Part shown: piece after piece, positions 1-15,000 of the stretch | How positions within the stretch are numbered: position 1 is the first letter of the stretch | Layout of the letters: each line of letters opens with the position of its first letter | Assembly (NCBI GenBank): GCA_043797125.1 | Contig: JAZDPX010000045.1 | Coordinates: 72,338-136,337 of the forward strand | Reading direction: 5' to 3' | Origin: Candidatus Omnitrophota bacterium | GTDB taxonomy: Bacteria; Omnitrophota; Gorgyraeia; JABMRG01; JAFGKX01 | Length of the DNA: 64,000 nucleotides | Notes under the pieces: generated by a model | Databases searched by the model: none | The model's input: the letters and a program-made list of their open reading frames with translations, nothing else | What the model was told of the DNA's origin: nothing | Program-made: the position numbers and the translations under genes

Positions 1-3000
1 TGCGTTGAGCACAAGAGGATACCTGCTTCCTGCTGTGTTATCTTTTCCTTCCAGCGTAGGAGCTTTTCCCACAAGCGCATTTACCTTTTCTTCCCTGGTG
101 CGAGTTTCCGCCATAAGCGTTTCTGCTTCCCTGAACATATTATCTAACTCAAACACCTTCTCGTAATGCGCCTTTACCTTATCAAGCCTGGTTTTTATAG
201 TGCTGTCTTGCAAATCGAGCTCTTTGGCCTTTTCAAGCTCGTGGGCTTTTTCAAAATATTCTTTTGCGCGCTTGAAATCTTCTTTGTCGCTTCTTGCCAA
301 TATATTCCAATCCTTATCTTTTAAAAGGGCCTCTGCCGCGTTGACATATGTTGTCTTAAGTTCATTTATTACGGGCTTGCCCTTGCAATGCTTAAAAGCT
401 TCTTCAAGAATCGTTACAGCTTCTGTAAAATGATTTTGTTGCGAATGCTGCTTTGCCTTATCTAAGAAAGCCTGCGCCGCCTTATCTATTATAACCCGGT
501 CCTCGGGTTTTACCTCAAGGGCCTTGCGGAAAAACTCAACAGCTGTATCAAGGTCTTTTGCGTCAAAAGCAGCCGTTCCTTCGTTTAAGCAAATTTTCGC
601 GATCTCATCTTTTAATATGGTGTTATCTGGATATTTTTTAAGCGTTGTTTCAATAATATTTATCTTCCCCCGGGCATCCGGCTCTGTCTCTGCTTTCTCT
701 AAACACTCCTGGATATGGCTGGCTTCTTCAAAAATACCCCCCACCACAGCCTTTAACTTCAAGATGGTTTCGTTGTCTGGCTCTATGCTGTGCAACATTG
801 ACAATATGCAATATTTCATTCGCACTGACGCTTTTTGCTTTTCTTTCTCGCCCTCTTTGCCTGAAATCTCTGAAAGCAAAAGCTCAAGCAGCTCTGCTGA
901 ATGCACATTGCCATATATAGAGCTGATAAATCGCATCGCTTCTTTTAGCTCCATATTCTCAAGGGTTTCTTTAAAGATATTCTCCAGCCTCGCCCTGGCT
1001 TCATCAGTCTTACCCTCCAACAGCTCTGTCGCCGCTAAATAAAAATCTGTCTCCAGCGCAAACTCCTTGCTAAAGCTTCCCTTTTGCGCCTGTTGTATAT
1101 AATATCGCGCCATGTTGTATTGTTCGCTTCTTATCGCTATTGTTATCCTTGCGCAATAACCCAAACATATGTCTTCTTCCTCCGCCGCTTTTGCAACAAG
1201 AAGGCCGCTGTGCTTTATTATTCTTTGTACGTTTTCCTCCCGCGGCGAATACCACTCATACGCCTCCAGCATCCTAACATGCAGCTTAGAAAATTGGCCG
1301 AATTTTTCCGCAATCTTTTCATACATTTCATTGAGCCGCTCATAGTCTTTGGCTTCTTCATAGATATCAAGCGCCTTCCAATACAGAAATTCTTCATCCG
1401 GGTAGGCCTTGATTGCCTCTTTTATCTCTGTTTCCGCTCCTTTATAATCGCCGAGTTCGCGTTTGCAGATTGCGCGCACAAGGCAATGCTGCGCATGAAG
1501 GCGTTTTTTCGTTTCTTCTTTCGATAAATCCAGCTCTATGCCCGGAAGGTCAAAGCTCTTCCTGCCATGGCCAAGCTGCGCAATAAAGCTTCTATCCTTT
1601 CTAAATTTTTCATACAAACTATCTTCTATTTTTCTGAAGCCATGCAAATCCTTATTTAATTTTATCCAGCGCGTCAGTTCCACGTCGTACTTGCCGAATA
1701 TCTGTCTTTGCAATATTCTCAAAAGGTGGTGCGGGTTTTTATGCCATTGGCCGTATTCCGGCCAGGCCTCTTTATCTTCATTTGCTATGGACAACAACGT
1801 CTCCGGCGAGATACGCGCCCGGCCTATCTCCTCAAACTCCTGCGAGCTGTCTTTCCTTGCGCGCACTATAATGGCCGCGTTCTCGCGGTCATAGACAAGT
1901 TCAAGCAGTTTCTGCCGTCCCGGTTCATAGCCTATAAAATAATGGCATAGCTCATGAAATAACGCCACCGGGTTACCTACGAGTTTCTCGTGTAAAACAA
2001 TGAGGTTGCGCTCATCGTTTAAGGCAAAGCCGAAAAGGTCTTTTATTAAATCGGCATAGGCGAAATTATATAAAGCCGGGGTTTCCTCGTAAAAATCCGT
2101 TATTTTAAAAACGAACTGTTTATCTTCCTCAAGCATAAGGCCTGCTTTTTCAACGGAGTCCCTTAGGGCTGTTTTTGGGTCGATTCCGGTCTTATTAAAA
2201 AAGAGCGTGCCTAAACTAACGACTTTTGTCGGCTCGCCTTCAATAATTTCGTCCGCGCCTACCGGCTTGCATATCTCTATCTTCGCCTGGTTTTTATCCG
2301 GTTTTGTGAATTTAAAGGTCTCCAGGATTAGCATCGTCTCCTTTCCTATCCTGCCGGCTATATTATCCGAAGTCGTGGTATCGTATTGCGGGAAGCCCAT
2401 ATTTTCATAATCTTTGCGGTCGATTTTGCTTATGCCCGATACATTGTCTATTCTAATAAATTCAGGCCTATTATCGGCTGGGCGCTGTTGTTCAACGAAT
2501 ATCATTTTTGCAATTTCCTGTAATCGCCCCTCTAAAGCCTGGGCTTTAGTGATGTTGTTTTTTGCAATATATTCTTTCAAATCGTTTTTTATAAGATCGA
2601 TATAGCCCTGTTTAAAATCCGCTGCCGCCTTTGCTGCTGCCGTAAACTGGTCATATTCATTGCGCGCGCCGCCGCCTTCAAGTTCTTTGTGCGTCTTTAT
2701 GCCAAAAATCAGCATTACCTGTTTGCCGTAAACCTTAACAGGCGCGAAAAGAATACGCAAATCCCCGGTCAGCCGGATAGCCCTTGGCACTACAGGTTCT
2801 TCTTTTGCGCCTATGCCGTATTTTATACCTTTGAAACCCGTCCTTTTTTTGCTTTGGATCTTACCAATGTTATTTCCCGTGCTGGAAATTTTTTTCAGAG
2901 CCTTAAAACATGACATTGCCAAGCGTTTATTTTTCTTGTCTATTACCAGACTTTTATATTGCGTCGCCGCTTCATCGTCAATAACCAGCTTGTATTTTGT

Positions 3001-6000
3001 TTCAGCTGTTTTTGCAACATCCGTCAAAGAACGTTCTGTTGCAATATGCTCCAGTATTTTCTTTTTGTTTTTTGTAACGGGCTTCTTTGCGTGTTGTGCG
3101 GTTGGGGTTTCTTCAAGCGCGCCTTTGGAAAAATTACCCACATAGATATCTGTAAGCTTTTCCTGCGCAATAACCTGCTCTTTTCTTATCTTTTCTCTTA
3201 GCTGCGTGTTTTGCTTTGGCAGCAATGCCTCCTGTATGCTTAATAGGAAATAGTGCGTTTTGTATTCTTGCGGCATATTTATAAGCCTGTTATTAAGCCT
3301 TGAGTAATTATCGCCAGCTATTTCTATTTTGCCTATCCCTTTAATTGTAATTGTAGCGCCTCCGCCTTGTTCTTTTTTCTCTACTTCGAATTCTATCTTG
3401 TAATATTTGCATACATATTCCTTTATTTCGTGCAGGAGAGCCAGCGGATATTCAAGGAGATTTTCATGCAGCACCAAGAGTTTATCTTTTGGTTCGGCGT
3501 GCCCAAAATAATCCAATGTTGGATGCTCCGCAGACGGTTTAAAGCTGCAGAATTCAGGCTTATCCTTTTCCGGGATATTTTTAAATAGCTCAAGAAACTT
3601 GCCCCATATTTCCTTGTCGCGTAGCGGGGTTTCTGCAAGCGCCTGGGCTGATCTCATTAATGTCTCAACGCGATTTTTATCAAGCGCTTTAATCTCAACC
3701 TGAGCTAATTCATAAGGCGCAAACCCATACCTTTCCAGTTCTATATCCTGTATGCTCAGGTATCTTTTGCCATTCCTATATATAATCCCCCTGGCGCCGC
3801 CCTTCTTACCGATTCGGGCGGAGGCGGGATTTCCTATTTTTACCTGCGGCTCAATAACAGATGATGTAATGGTTGCTTTCGCGCTGGCTGCTTTTACCTG
3901 GCCGCCTAGGGAATCCAGATAGCGAGGTACATAGCTTTCCGGTATGGTTACGGTAAAGGTTTCCTTTTCGCCTTCGCCATAGCAATCCAGTATTTTAATA
4001 TTTAACAGGTTGGCTATGCCTTGCGTCAGTTTTGATACTGCTTTCTGCTGAGCCCCTGTTAAATGATTATAATTGGTGTAAAGCTTTTCTTTTACATAAA
4101 CAAATTCTCCGCTTTCAAGATAAACACCGTGTAAAAGCACGAGTCCCAATGTATCCATTGCAGCATTTTTCGTAATTATAATCAACTCTTGGGCGTCGCC
4201 GATAAAGCTCGTCAGGCTGTGCTTGTTCTCACCCGCGGATGTGCTGCGTTGGCAATTGCCTTGCCCGCTTGCCCCATAACGGCCTATTTTTAATGTTTCC
4301 TTTAAATCAAAGCCCACTTCTGCGCTCACCGCTTCTTTCGACTTTTGTCTGCTTGTGGGTAATTTTTGTAAAGTCTTAAGTAACCCTATCATATCTGCTG
4401 CGATAATGGATTGGGGCTTATTCTGGCTTTGCAACATTTGATAAAGCGTATTAAGCCCTGTTATAATATCTGCAAGGCTGTTTTCACATCTCTCGTATAG
4501 TTTCCTGACTTCTTGTGCTTGCTCATCTAACGGGCACTGCTCAATAAGCCCTATTTCATCCATTATGCCCATTGCCTGCTTTGATATGCTGTTGTCTTTT
4601 ATTATATTTAACTTGCCCAGCAGCCCTATGGCGCCGTTGCGTTTGTTCTCGTCTAGGTTTTCCTTATCAAATCTTAACTTCTTAAGCTCATTTATGTCCT
4701 TGGAAAGTATGGCTTCTTTTAGCTGTACATCCGCGGCTCCAGCATAAAGATCTTTTAGTTTGTTTTCTAGTTTCTGTATGTCTTCTTCCGAAGCGACGCT
4801 GCTTTCCCTAAAGCTTGCGCTATATTCTCCTATATGGCGTTTATAGTTTTCAAAGTTAGTTTTAAACCATGCATCAAATATGCTAAGATTATCGTCTGGG
4901 GCCTCTGGGCTAGCTGTTTCTTTAAGTTTAGCCAGTTCACTAAATTTATCCCTTACATGATGCGGGGCCTGTTTGAATGCAAGTCTGTGCGAGGCTTTGT
5001 GCTCTATTATGCCTTGTGTTCCTTTTAAAAGGTATACCCTGGCTAGTTCGGTAAGCCTTGTGTAAGCTGCTTCACTTTCTTTGCTGTATGCTTGCCTAAA
5101 ATTAAACAAATCTACAAGAAAATCTGCGTCTGCAAGGGCTTCTGTGGCGTCGGAATGGAGTTTTCTTTTTGTTTTGCTAATTTCGCCTCCTAGCAGATCC
5201 GACAGGGAATCGCAGATAACCTCTTCAATTGATGTTTTGGAAGACGCTTCATCCATGTTGGTTAGATCCAGCCTAGCTATTTTCTGTGGGTCGTCAAGCA
5301 AATCAAGGCTGTGTTTATATTTGGCAATTAGCTCTAATTGATATATAAAAACTTTTGGCTCGCGGGATAGTTTAGAAAATAGGCCAATATAATTACATTT
5401 GTTTTCTATTTCTTGCAGGAGCGTTAGAATAGCGCTTAGTTTGCGCGATGCAGAAACCGTACTTGCGTCGTAATTATCAAATATTGTAGTAAGGTTGTAC
5501 AGATTCGCATCGCCGGGAAACAGTTGATACCACAACATAATTATTTCTAAAAAGTCGTGAATGAATTGTTTTTGCCGCTGGTAATCTCTCTGTTTGTTGA
5601 CTGAAACTAATAGCTTAAGTGTTTTACTTTCTGTTTTTGTCAACAAAGATATGCTCTCTTTCTTAAAACCTAAGCCATTTAAACAGGCCTCTGCCGCCCT
5701 GTAAGCCAGCTTGATACAGTCTTGTCGCGCAAATTGTTCATTCCAAAACCCTAAAAGCAATGCCTGAGAAAAAAGTTTTTGCGCTTTTGCCTTTTCTTTC
5801 TGGCGGGGCGCATCTAATAACTCTTTTAACTTTTTTGGCTCTGTAAAGCGTTTTATAAGCGCGGGAGTATGATTTGTAAAACTTGATAGAGCGAGAATAA
5901 AGTCTGCGTCAATCTTGGCCTCATCATAAGAATCAATAACATCTTCTATGGCATCCTTTGCCTTCTCAAAAAGCTTTGCATGCATCTGCGCTCCAGCAAG

Positions 6001-9000
6001 AATTACGCGTGCCTTAAGCTTGCTACTGCCGGAAATATCGTCTAAAGCCATTCGCGCTTTAAAAATGGTTGCCTCTGCTTCTTCTGTTAACCCTACAAGG
6101 GCCTGGGCAGTAGCAAGCTCTGCCAGCTTGTTAATATAAGAAGCGCGGCTTGTCGCATGCATAACGCCTTGCGCATCCTTAAGTGTGTTGATTGCGTCTT
6201 TTACTAAACCTTTTTCTACCTGCTTGGCAATAAGATTTATAAGCAATTCAAATTTATCGTTAGTATAATGCATTTTATCTATCATGTCCTTTACTTCATC
6301 AAGCAGGCCTGTTTGCATTTTGGCGCTGGCAATATCCGAGATGCTAACTCCGCCTGCGTTATGTTTGTCCATGGTGTATTTTGCATCATCAAAAAAACCT
6401 GCTCGTATCTGGGCCTTAACAAAATAGCCCCAGTGTGTTTCAACGCCATATGCCAAAACGCCCTTTGAATCCAAAAGGCTTTGCGCCTTGGCAAAGCTCT
6501 CTTTCGCTTCCTTTGTCAACCCTATCTGCGCTTGCGCAGCGCCAAGGTTTGCCCAACCTGTAGGCACATCTTCGAAATCAGCTGAATAAACAGGCTCTTC
6601 CTTTATAATATCCTTTGCCTCTTCAAGGGTGCTTTCTGCCTTTTCTGCCAAACCCTCTTTTGCCTGTTTAATAGCAAGCCTTATGAGTAGTGCAAATTTG
6701 CGCGAAGCATTAATAGTTTCATTTATATTATTTTTTGCGTCATCAAAAAGGCCTGTTTCTATTTGCGCGGCAGCAAGGCTCTCATAGCCTTCCTGTTTAA
6801 AAAGGCCTTCTTTGGTTTTAGCTAAAAGGTTTTCTGCTGCAATAATGGTTTTCTTTGCTTCTTCTTTCAAGCCTACTTGGGCTTGGGTAATGGCAAGCTC
6901 CGCAAGATAGCTAATTTTATATGTTATGCCATCGTTTTCTTCTATGGTGGTTTTTACATCATCAAAGGTTTTCTTTGCTTCCTCTTTTAGCCCGGCTTTG
7001 GCCTGAGCAATGGCAAGGTTTGTAAGGGTTTTAATTTTAGCTTCAGGCCTGGCAATTTTGTCAGCAGCAATTTTCAGCTTGCCAAACCAGCAACACGAAG
7101 AGTTGATTAAGGAAAGAATAGAAACGTCTTCAGCGGGGGGGTTCTGTTTATGTTGTATTTTTCGTATAAGCTTTTTATCGCTATCTTTGAATATTTCTCT
7201 CTGAAGGGCCTTTAATAAATAATCTGATTCTTTTGGGTTTTTTAAGGCGATAGACAATGCTTCGCCCGTGATGTTTATTTCGGCTTTCTCTTTTTTGTCG
7301 CTATCCTCTACAACAATCTTATTTTTACCCCAGTGGCTATGTTTAAATTTTATCTTGAGCTTTCCTGCTTTGATAAGATACTTCATAAGTTCATGCCATG
7401 CTGCAATTGGTTCGTCTGCAAAATCTTCGTAAAGAGCAATAAGCCTATGTTCCGGCGAAGCAAAGCTGGTTAAGCCTTTTATAAGTTTGTTGTAAATGTA
7501 AAATTTAGGCTGTGCATATTGAAGCGGCCTGAACATAAAATAGAGCAACCAGTTACGCTCGCTGTCCTTAATTCCCAGCGCATCAATGCCCGCCTGCACC
7601 ATTCTTAAGGGATGATCCATTGTTCTTTGATAAAGGGTAAGGGTGCCTAGCTTTTCACCATACGCACTACCGGGAGCTCTTTCATACACGTCTACCATTG
7701 CTTCGCTCTCGTCATCTTTTATGAATTTTAACTGATTTATTTGTACATATGCCTTTTCCGTGCCAGCTTGTTGTTTTATTGCCTTTGTAAGCTTTTCGTC
7801 TGTTTCCCCCAGCGTCGCCTTGGCAAGGGCACGCAAATAATAATGGGTTTTGTTCTCTGGGTTTTGTCTTAATTTTATATTAAGCCATTCCAGTATAGGG
7901 GCTGGTAATTTTATTTTGGTAATCGACTTTAAAATATACAATTTTGATTTTGCGATAACAAGCGTATCATCCTGCAGTTTAAATTGTATGTTGTTGCTTT
8001 TGCATACATATTCCTCTATTTCATGCAATAGGGCATTGGGGTTGTTGAGAAGGTTTTTATAAAGCAGTATGGTGTTTTGTTCGGGTAAGGCTGTGCCGAA
8101 GGCATCTTCGATGAGGGTGTCGAATGTATAAAGCGCGGGAGGAGATTTCTCGCGCAGTTTGAGGAACATCTCAAGCAATTTCCTGTGCGCGGGCTTGTCT
8201 TTTATTAGGGTTTCAACTGCGGTTATCAGCGCCTTTAGCGTTTCATCGCTCTGAAGCTCTAATTTTACCGGATGCTTATCGCCTTTTAAGTCTTTTATGG
8301 TCGCTGTTTGCCGCGCAAGGTCTATTTCCGTAAACTCGCCGTCTTTGCCGATTTGGGCAACAGGGACAAGTTCTCTTGAGTTTTTGTAATTTTGCTCGGG
8401 CGCATCCAAATCAACCCTTAACACAAACTTGATGAAATCTTTCCCGGGCTGCGTATCCGCTTCTGCGGGGCTTTCAATTATTAAGCCCGCCTCCGCAAGG
8501 CGCTGTTGCTTCTTTAGTTTCGTCGCTTCGCTATCATCTTTTCTCGGCATAAGCAGCCAGTAGCTACCTTGCGCATCCGGGGTTGAGTCAAATATAATCT
8601 TAATGTCCTTTTCATATTTTTCTTTAAACATCTTTGCCGTGCCGCGAATAGACTTAAAAAGTTCTTTCATAAGCGCGCCGGCGGCCTTTCCTTTTTTATG
8701 CAAAACGGCAAAATCGGATATGCATACAATTTCTTCTTCTCTTTCTTTATCATAACCGACATGCGCAATTACATAACCGAGAAGTTTGCCGTCCTTAAAA
8801 TAACCTAAGCTTAAATTTTTCCTTCTTTCACCTTTTAATGCCTCATTATACATAATCCCAAGCAATTCCATTTCTATGCCTGCTATGTGGTTGCCGCCTA
8901 ATGCTATGTCTTTAAAAGCCTTGCTTTCAATATACGATATCTCAAGGAGATCTTCCGGGCTTAACGGTTTAACTCCGTTAAGCTCTTTTGCCGGGGTTGG

Positions 9001-12000
9001 CTTGTAGCTGTCTTCTATGGGAAGAAAGTTTACCGTGCTATCGGCCTTATCGGAATAGACATTAAGGATTTGTGTTAAAAAATAGTTGTCAAGCTTGCCG
9101 TCCAAACTGTGTAAAAATTTGGAATGGCGTGTTCCTACAATTACCTTGCTCTTGTTTATGGGCCTGCCCCTTAGTGTTGTGCCGCGCTCTTCGAAATATT
9201 CTTTGAAAAATTTTATATAAGCTGTTTCTACAATTTTTTCCGCCATTTTATTGCTGGACGCGAAATTTGCGTCTCCTTCTACATTGTCTAATGATATATA
9301 AACTTCTTTTGATATTTTGTCCATAAAGTCGCTGCCGAATAATTTTTCCGCGTCAAAAAGATCTCTTAGTTTTTCTATTGCTTCGTCATACTGGCTTGGG
9401 TTTATACTTGATGGCGCTACGCTTTTTATTATCTCCTCGAGCTCTGATATGCGCCTTGTAATTTCTCTGTCTGCTGTAACTACGCTTGTAGCTAAAATTT
9501 TGTTGTATCTGATTCCGTCTGCACTAGCCGTTTCTTTGGATAAGATTAAAATTTGTGAGTTTGGGTTAAAAATATAATGGGTATTCTTACCCGAGCTAAG
9601 CGACATGCAGTTAGATAATTCGCTGCCTGTCATGATTGTGTCCGGGTCGGATTTTCGCATTAGGCTTATTGTGTAGCGCGGTAAGATAAGGCCGCATCCC
9701 TTGAGTTCTTCAACGCCAAATTTTGCGTTTTTGGTTTGATCAACAATAGTGCCAAAAGTGGTCTGCCCTTTTTGAAGCAGGGTAAGTATTTTATTAATGC
9801 CGTTTGCGGTCCCGTTGGTCTGGGTTTTATAATCATCCGACTCCTGCTTTTGCTTAAAATATTTTACTAAAACTTCTCTTAATATGCCCTCTTCTGCACC
9901 ATAGCTTGCTAAACGTTGCAATAAAGAACCGCCTTTTATTGTCTTTATTTCTGTATCCACGTCGCTAATATCTATTGTGGTTGAAAGCGGCTGTAGTACC
10001 TGCAGGTGGTCGTATTTGCCAAGGATCAAGCCTAAAAGCAGCTCTTCGGCGCCAATATCAACGTATTCTAACTCTAAAAGCCGGCTGATTTTTTTGATAT
10101 GATTTGACAGCGGGACATTTGTATCTTCGAGATCCAGAAATTCTCTTGGATCCAATATCATTTTTTCTATGGTCTTTGAATACCCGCTTTTTACTGCCTG
10201 GTGAGTAAGCAGTTTATGATAATAAGCATAGATTTTTCTCCCGTCCTCTGTCCCGGAGAAACGATATAAATTAAGCGCTTTTTCGAGATCATTTGCCCCT
10301 ATTATGCTTATCAGCATCTCCAATCTTTGAAACTGCTCCCAGCTTTCAAGGAATCTGTTTTTTTCTAACAGCTCTATTTTCAGCTCTTTAAATGCTTGGT
10401 TGTCTAGCTCTATAGATCTTATTTCCTCTCTCCAGTTTCCATGTTTTTCTTTCAGGTCGCAAGCTGCTTTAACTATTTGCCAAAACTGAACATGGCTCGG
10501 GGGGGCATTATTGCCCGGGCTTGATTCACTCGCAACCTGTATAAATACATTGTTAATAAATAGGGTTTTCTCGCTCTTTTTCTTCTTGTCTTCTTGTTTG
10601 TCTTCCAGCGCGTTCATAAAAAGTTCTATATGTTCAAAAATCGATTGGTGGTTGTTATCGAGAAGCATAATATCCATGGCTCTCTTTTTATCTCTAGAGT
10701 CTATATATTGCAGCAGCCTTTGCGCCGGGATTGTTTGCATGCCGCGCATGAAACTTTCTATTGATGCCGTAAAATTGCTAAGCTCTCTTGGCAGTCGTTT
10801 TATAACAATCTCAAGGAACCTCTTAAGGTTGGATTTTTCGAAGCGCTGCCCTAACTCCAAAAGGCCCGGGACGGCTTCCTTTGCTTGGGCGCCATACATC
10901 TTCGGCATTTCCTCCGTTAATAATTGCTCTGTTTGCTCTATGCTTGCGCCGGCTTTAATCATTTTTATTACTAAGTCGCAAACATTAATCCCGTATTTAC
11001 ACGAAGGCAGTTTGATAAACAATAGCTCTATTAATTTCGATGCTGCCGGATCGCTGCTTGCCAGGTTTATTGCTTTATTAATTTCCCGGCTTAAATCGTC
11101 TTGCCCGGGGCCTTTTTCGCAGGTAACGCTGCTATATTCATGCGGCAGCCAGCGCGTCAACATTAACTCTATTGTATTCGTCGCTCCAAAATCATCAAGC
11201 TGTTGTTTTAGCGCTGAACGGATTTTGCTTATCTGCTCTGAACCCGCTATATTGCCTAAAATCTTTATTGTTTCCAATGAAGTGCTTTTATCCGCAGATG
11301 CAAAATTCTCCAGGCACTCTTGGATAGCGCTTATGCTCACGCCTGTTTTTAGCATCTGCAATATAGCGTTTAGTATCTCGTGAGAATTGTTGTCGTATTT
11401 TAGGAACACTTTAAACAGTAACGGGTCTATTGTTTTAGCTTTTGCCTTTTCTTCGCTCGCTTTGCCTGTTAATGCGTTAAGGTGGTTTCTCAGCTCAGTA
11501 ACTATTTTCGCGATTGCATCTGATTCTGCCAGTTCTTCTATCAATTCTATTGTTTTGGCGGTTGTATCCAGGTGGGGATTCGGCGTTTCCAATAAAAATT
11601 CTGCCGTGCTTTCGAAACTGAATCCTGCCTCCGATATAATGCTCCCTGCGGCTTTTGCTATTCTATAGAAGTTTTTGCCGTACAGCTTCGGCAGCTTAAA
11701 TAACAGGAAATCTATTACTTTTGTTTTCGCTTCTTCTTCGCCAAGCCGGGTGCTCAATTTTGCGCTGATTTTATCAATTATATCTAATGCCGCTATTTGT
11801 TCCAGTAGTGGCGCTGTTTCATACGCGCTAACGTGGTCGTAAAAGGGCATCTCAGATAATATTAGCTCCGTTGTTTTCGCCTTTGCTTTTTCTTCGCCAA
11901 TTAGCTTGCCCAATTTTTCCGCTATTTTGTTGATTACGCCTGAGCCTGTTATTTCTCCCAGGCCTTCTGCAACTTCGTATGCGTACACATGCGCGCGCAT

Positions 12001-15000
12001 CGCTACGTCACTCGTTTCGTTGCGGCCTGAGGGGCCCTGGAATTGCCGGCATAGGGGGTCGGTTTGGAGCCTAAAAAATAACAGCTCTGCTAATTTTGCC
12101 CTTGCTTCCTTCTCGCTAACCAACCAGTTTAATTTTGTCGCTATTTTATCTATTATGTCTGAACTCGCTATTTTTTCCAAAGTCTCTACGGCATCGGCAA
12201 ACCTGTCGGCATAATCATAATTATCCGGCATCTGGAAAAATAATAAATCAATGACCCTGGCTATTGTCTTGCTGCTGCCTGTTGGCTTCAGTTTTTCTAT
12301 CTTGTCCGCTATTTTATATATTGCCCCACTGTCTAGGATTTTATTAAATTTTTGCACCTTTCCGTATGTGCCTTGGTTTTCGAGGAACAAATTTTTAACT
12401 TTAGTTATTTCTGCTCCGCGCCACACCAGCCCGGCCGCTGCTTTAGCTGCCTCAACAGGAATCTCTCTGTATTTAAGCGGTATCTCACAAAATAACAGCA
12501 TTATCAGCGCCTTGGCGTCTTCGTCTCCTTTTTCATACGCAAAAGGGGTATCAGAACAAGGCAGTGTTGTTAGGTCTGTTTTGTCGCGCGGGGATATTAA
12601 TCCGTAGCGCTTTATTTCCGATTCTGCGATTCTACTTACCGATTTTGCGAGGCGTTCATTGCCTTTAAGGCCTATAGTAAAAATTGTTTTAATCTCTTCA
12701 AACCTGACTCCCAGTTTTATAAGCTGTAATATTGTTTCTCCAATTTTTATTTCGTCCATTAGCGCGTAACGTTGCACGAGTTCAGACCATGCCGTTTCGT
12801 ATGCATACGACCACCCATACTCTGTGTCTTTGTCGTTACCTATAAGGCCTATGGCCCTAAAGGCCTTATCTTTATTCATAGAATAATCTGGCAGACTCGC
12901 TTCTTCCGGGGCTTCTTCCGCGGGTATTGTCCTGTTTATATCGTGATACAACAAAACAAGGTCATATATAAACAACGACTCTACCGCCCCTTTGCTTATA
13001 TTCTCTTTTGCCGCGTCTTTCGCGGCTGATACTATTTTATCGGCTACCCCGCTTTTAATTAAACCGACCGCTCGTATCCCAGCTTGCTCTATAATACGGG
13101 CTGCGAGAGATGTGTTTCCCCGGCATTGTATGGGCCATTTTTCTCCGATTGCGCGTTCAATAATTTCTATATCAATGCCTCCTTTTGCCATAATCGCTGC
13201 TGCTTTTATGGCGCCGATCATATAATAGCAAAGGTCGGCATTGTTATATTGTTGAGGGATCGTATCCATTAATAAGCTGCGTATTTTGTCTATGCCTATT
13301 CTGCTCTCAGCCATCGCTACTGCTGTGGTTGCTGCCATATCTGCCGTTAGCATATCTTGATACCGCAGTGGGATCTCTTTTGTTAACAATTTTTTAGCCT
13401 CTTCGGCGTTAACACCGCAATCTGCCATACGCCCTGCGAGGCCCCTTGTCTCGATGCTTGCTGCGATATCAGCTACTAATCGATATTCCTCTTTTTTATC
13501 AACAGGCCTTTGGTCTGGCAGATATTCTTTTATCCAAGAGGGCGCTTTTGCCTTGGAGAAATTTCCTGCGTATAGGATGTTTGCTTTCTGCCAATTGTTA
13601 AATTTGGACGCAATTTTTGTTATTTTGTCGATGCGCGAACCTCTATCTACTAATTCCGCGTATCCTAAATTTTCGATTAGTTTGGGCATTAATGTTTCCT
13701 GGTTAGAAAACGCAAGATACGGCATAGTTTCTGCAATAAGCTCTGCCGCCAAAATATCCATCATCCCCGGGCCCATATCTTTTCTTGTGCTTCCTCTATA
13801 ACTATAGCTAAGGCAGGAACATGCCTGCTCAAGCAGAAATAGCTTAAGTTCATCATCTTCTAACCGGCGAAGGGAATTTTTGCAAAGCCACAAGCCGATT
13901 TCTCTTTCCCTGGGACCAGGGTTATCAGAGCCGCGCGTGTTGTATGTTAATAACGGTTTCACCATTTCAAAGAGTTCTTCCATTGTTGTTTGGTCATTAA
14001 TATGCGGAAGAATTTGTTTAAGGACATATGCGCCTCTGGGCACGCTCACATCCCCTTCCTCTGTTTTTGCCAAAACATCTTCGTTTCTTGTCTGTGAATA
14101 ATATACCCTTAGCCCTTTCTTTACCCCGCCGAGGAAATCCCGCTTAATGGCTTCGTTGTGCCTGTCCAGCGCTTTGGCAATAATTCTTATCATATTTGTA
14201 TAATAGATTTTGTTCATCTCGCCCGGAGAAAATATTTTATGCATAATTTCATCCAATATTTTTCTTTTGCCCTCTGCCCCAAAGCGAGAAATTATATCGT
14301 AAATCAGATCATAATCTTCCTCTTCGAGAGCTCTTGCATCAAGCAATATATCCCAGATGTCTTCGATTATAACCTGATTGTTTTCTGCAAGTAAATTTTT
14401 AACATCATTTTTGCTTTTTGTCGGGGCGTTTCCCGGTAATATTTTCAAAAATCGTAACAGTTTTGTTTTTAGGCTGGTCTGGTTATTGACACACCTAAAA
14501 ACATCCTTTGCCTCTTGCGCGTTCCTTTCCAGGTACCATTTAAACTCAAGCCAGGACATGTCTTCTTTAATGCCGGCTAGTATTTTTAGTTTTGCAGCGT
14601 GCCTGTTGATGTCTTCTTTGTCGTAATAATATATGCTGGGGCCGATGAAATGCTGGTTTGCTAAAATATAATCTCCAAACGTATATTTATCCAGTATGTG
14701 AACGAGCCTGACCGGGCCTATCCCGGGGGTGTTTTCGATTTTTATTTCGTCAATTTGTTTGCCGCGATATTCTGCTGTTTCTTCTTCCGCGCCTCTCGGG
14801 AAAAACATCGCCTTTTCTTCCAGCCGTTTAAGCAGGGCCTGGTTGTGTGCGATGTCTTTATGCTCAAGTTTTGGGGCCAAAATATGCTTTGCTTCTTCAA
14901 GCAAAAGGCGCGCTATATCTGTATCATCGATGTCTGCGCTGAGAAGCAGATTTTGCCCAATCCATATTGCCCTATCGTCTTTTCTGCTAACGCCTCGCCT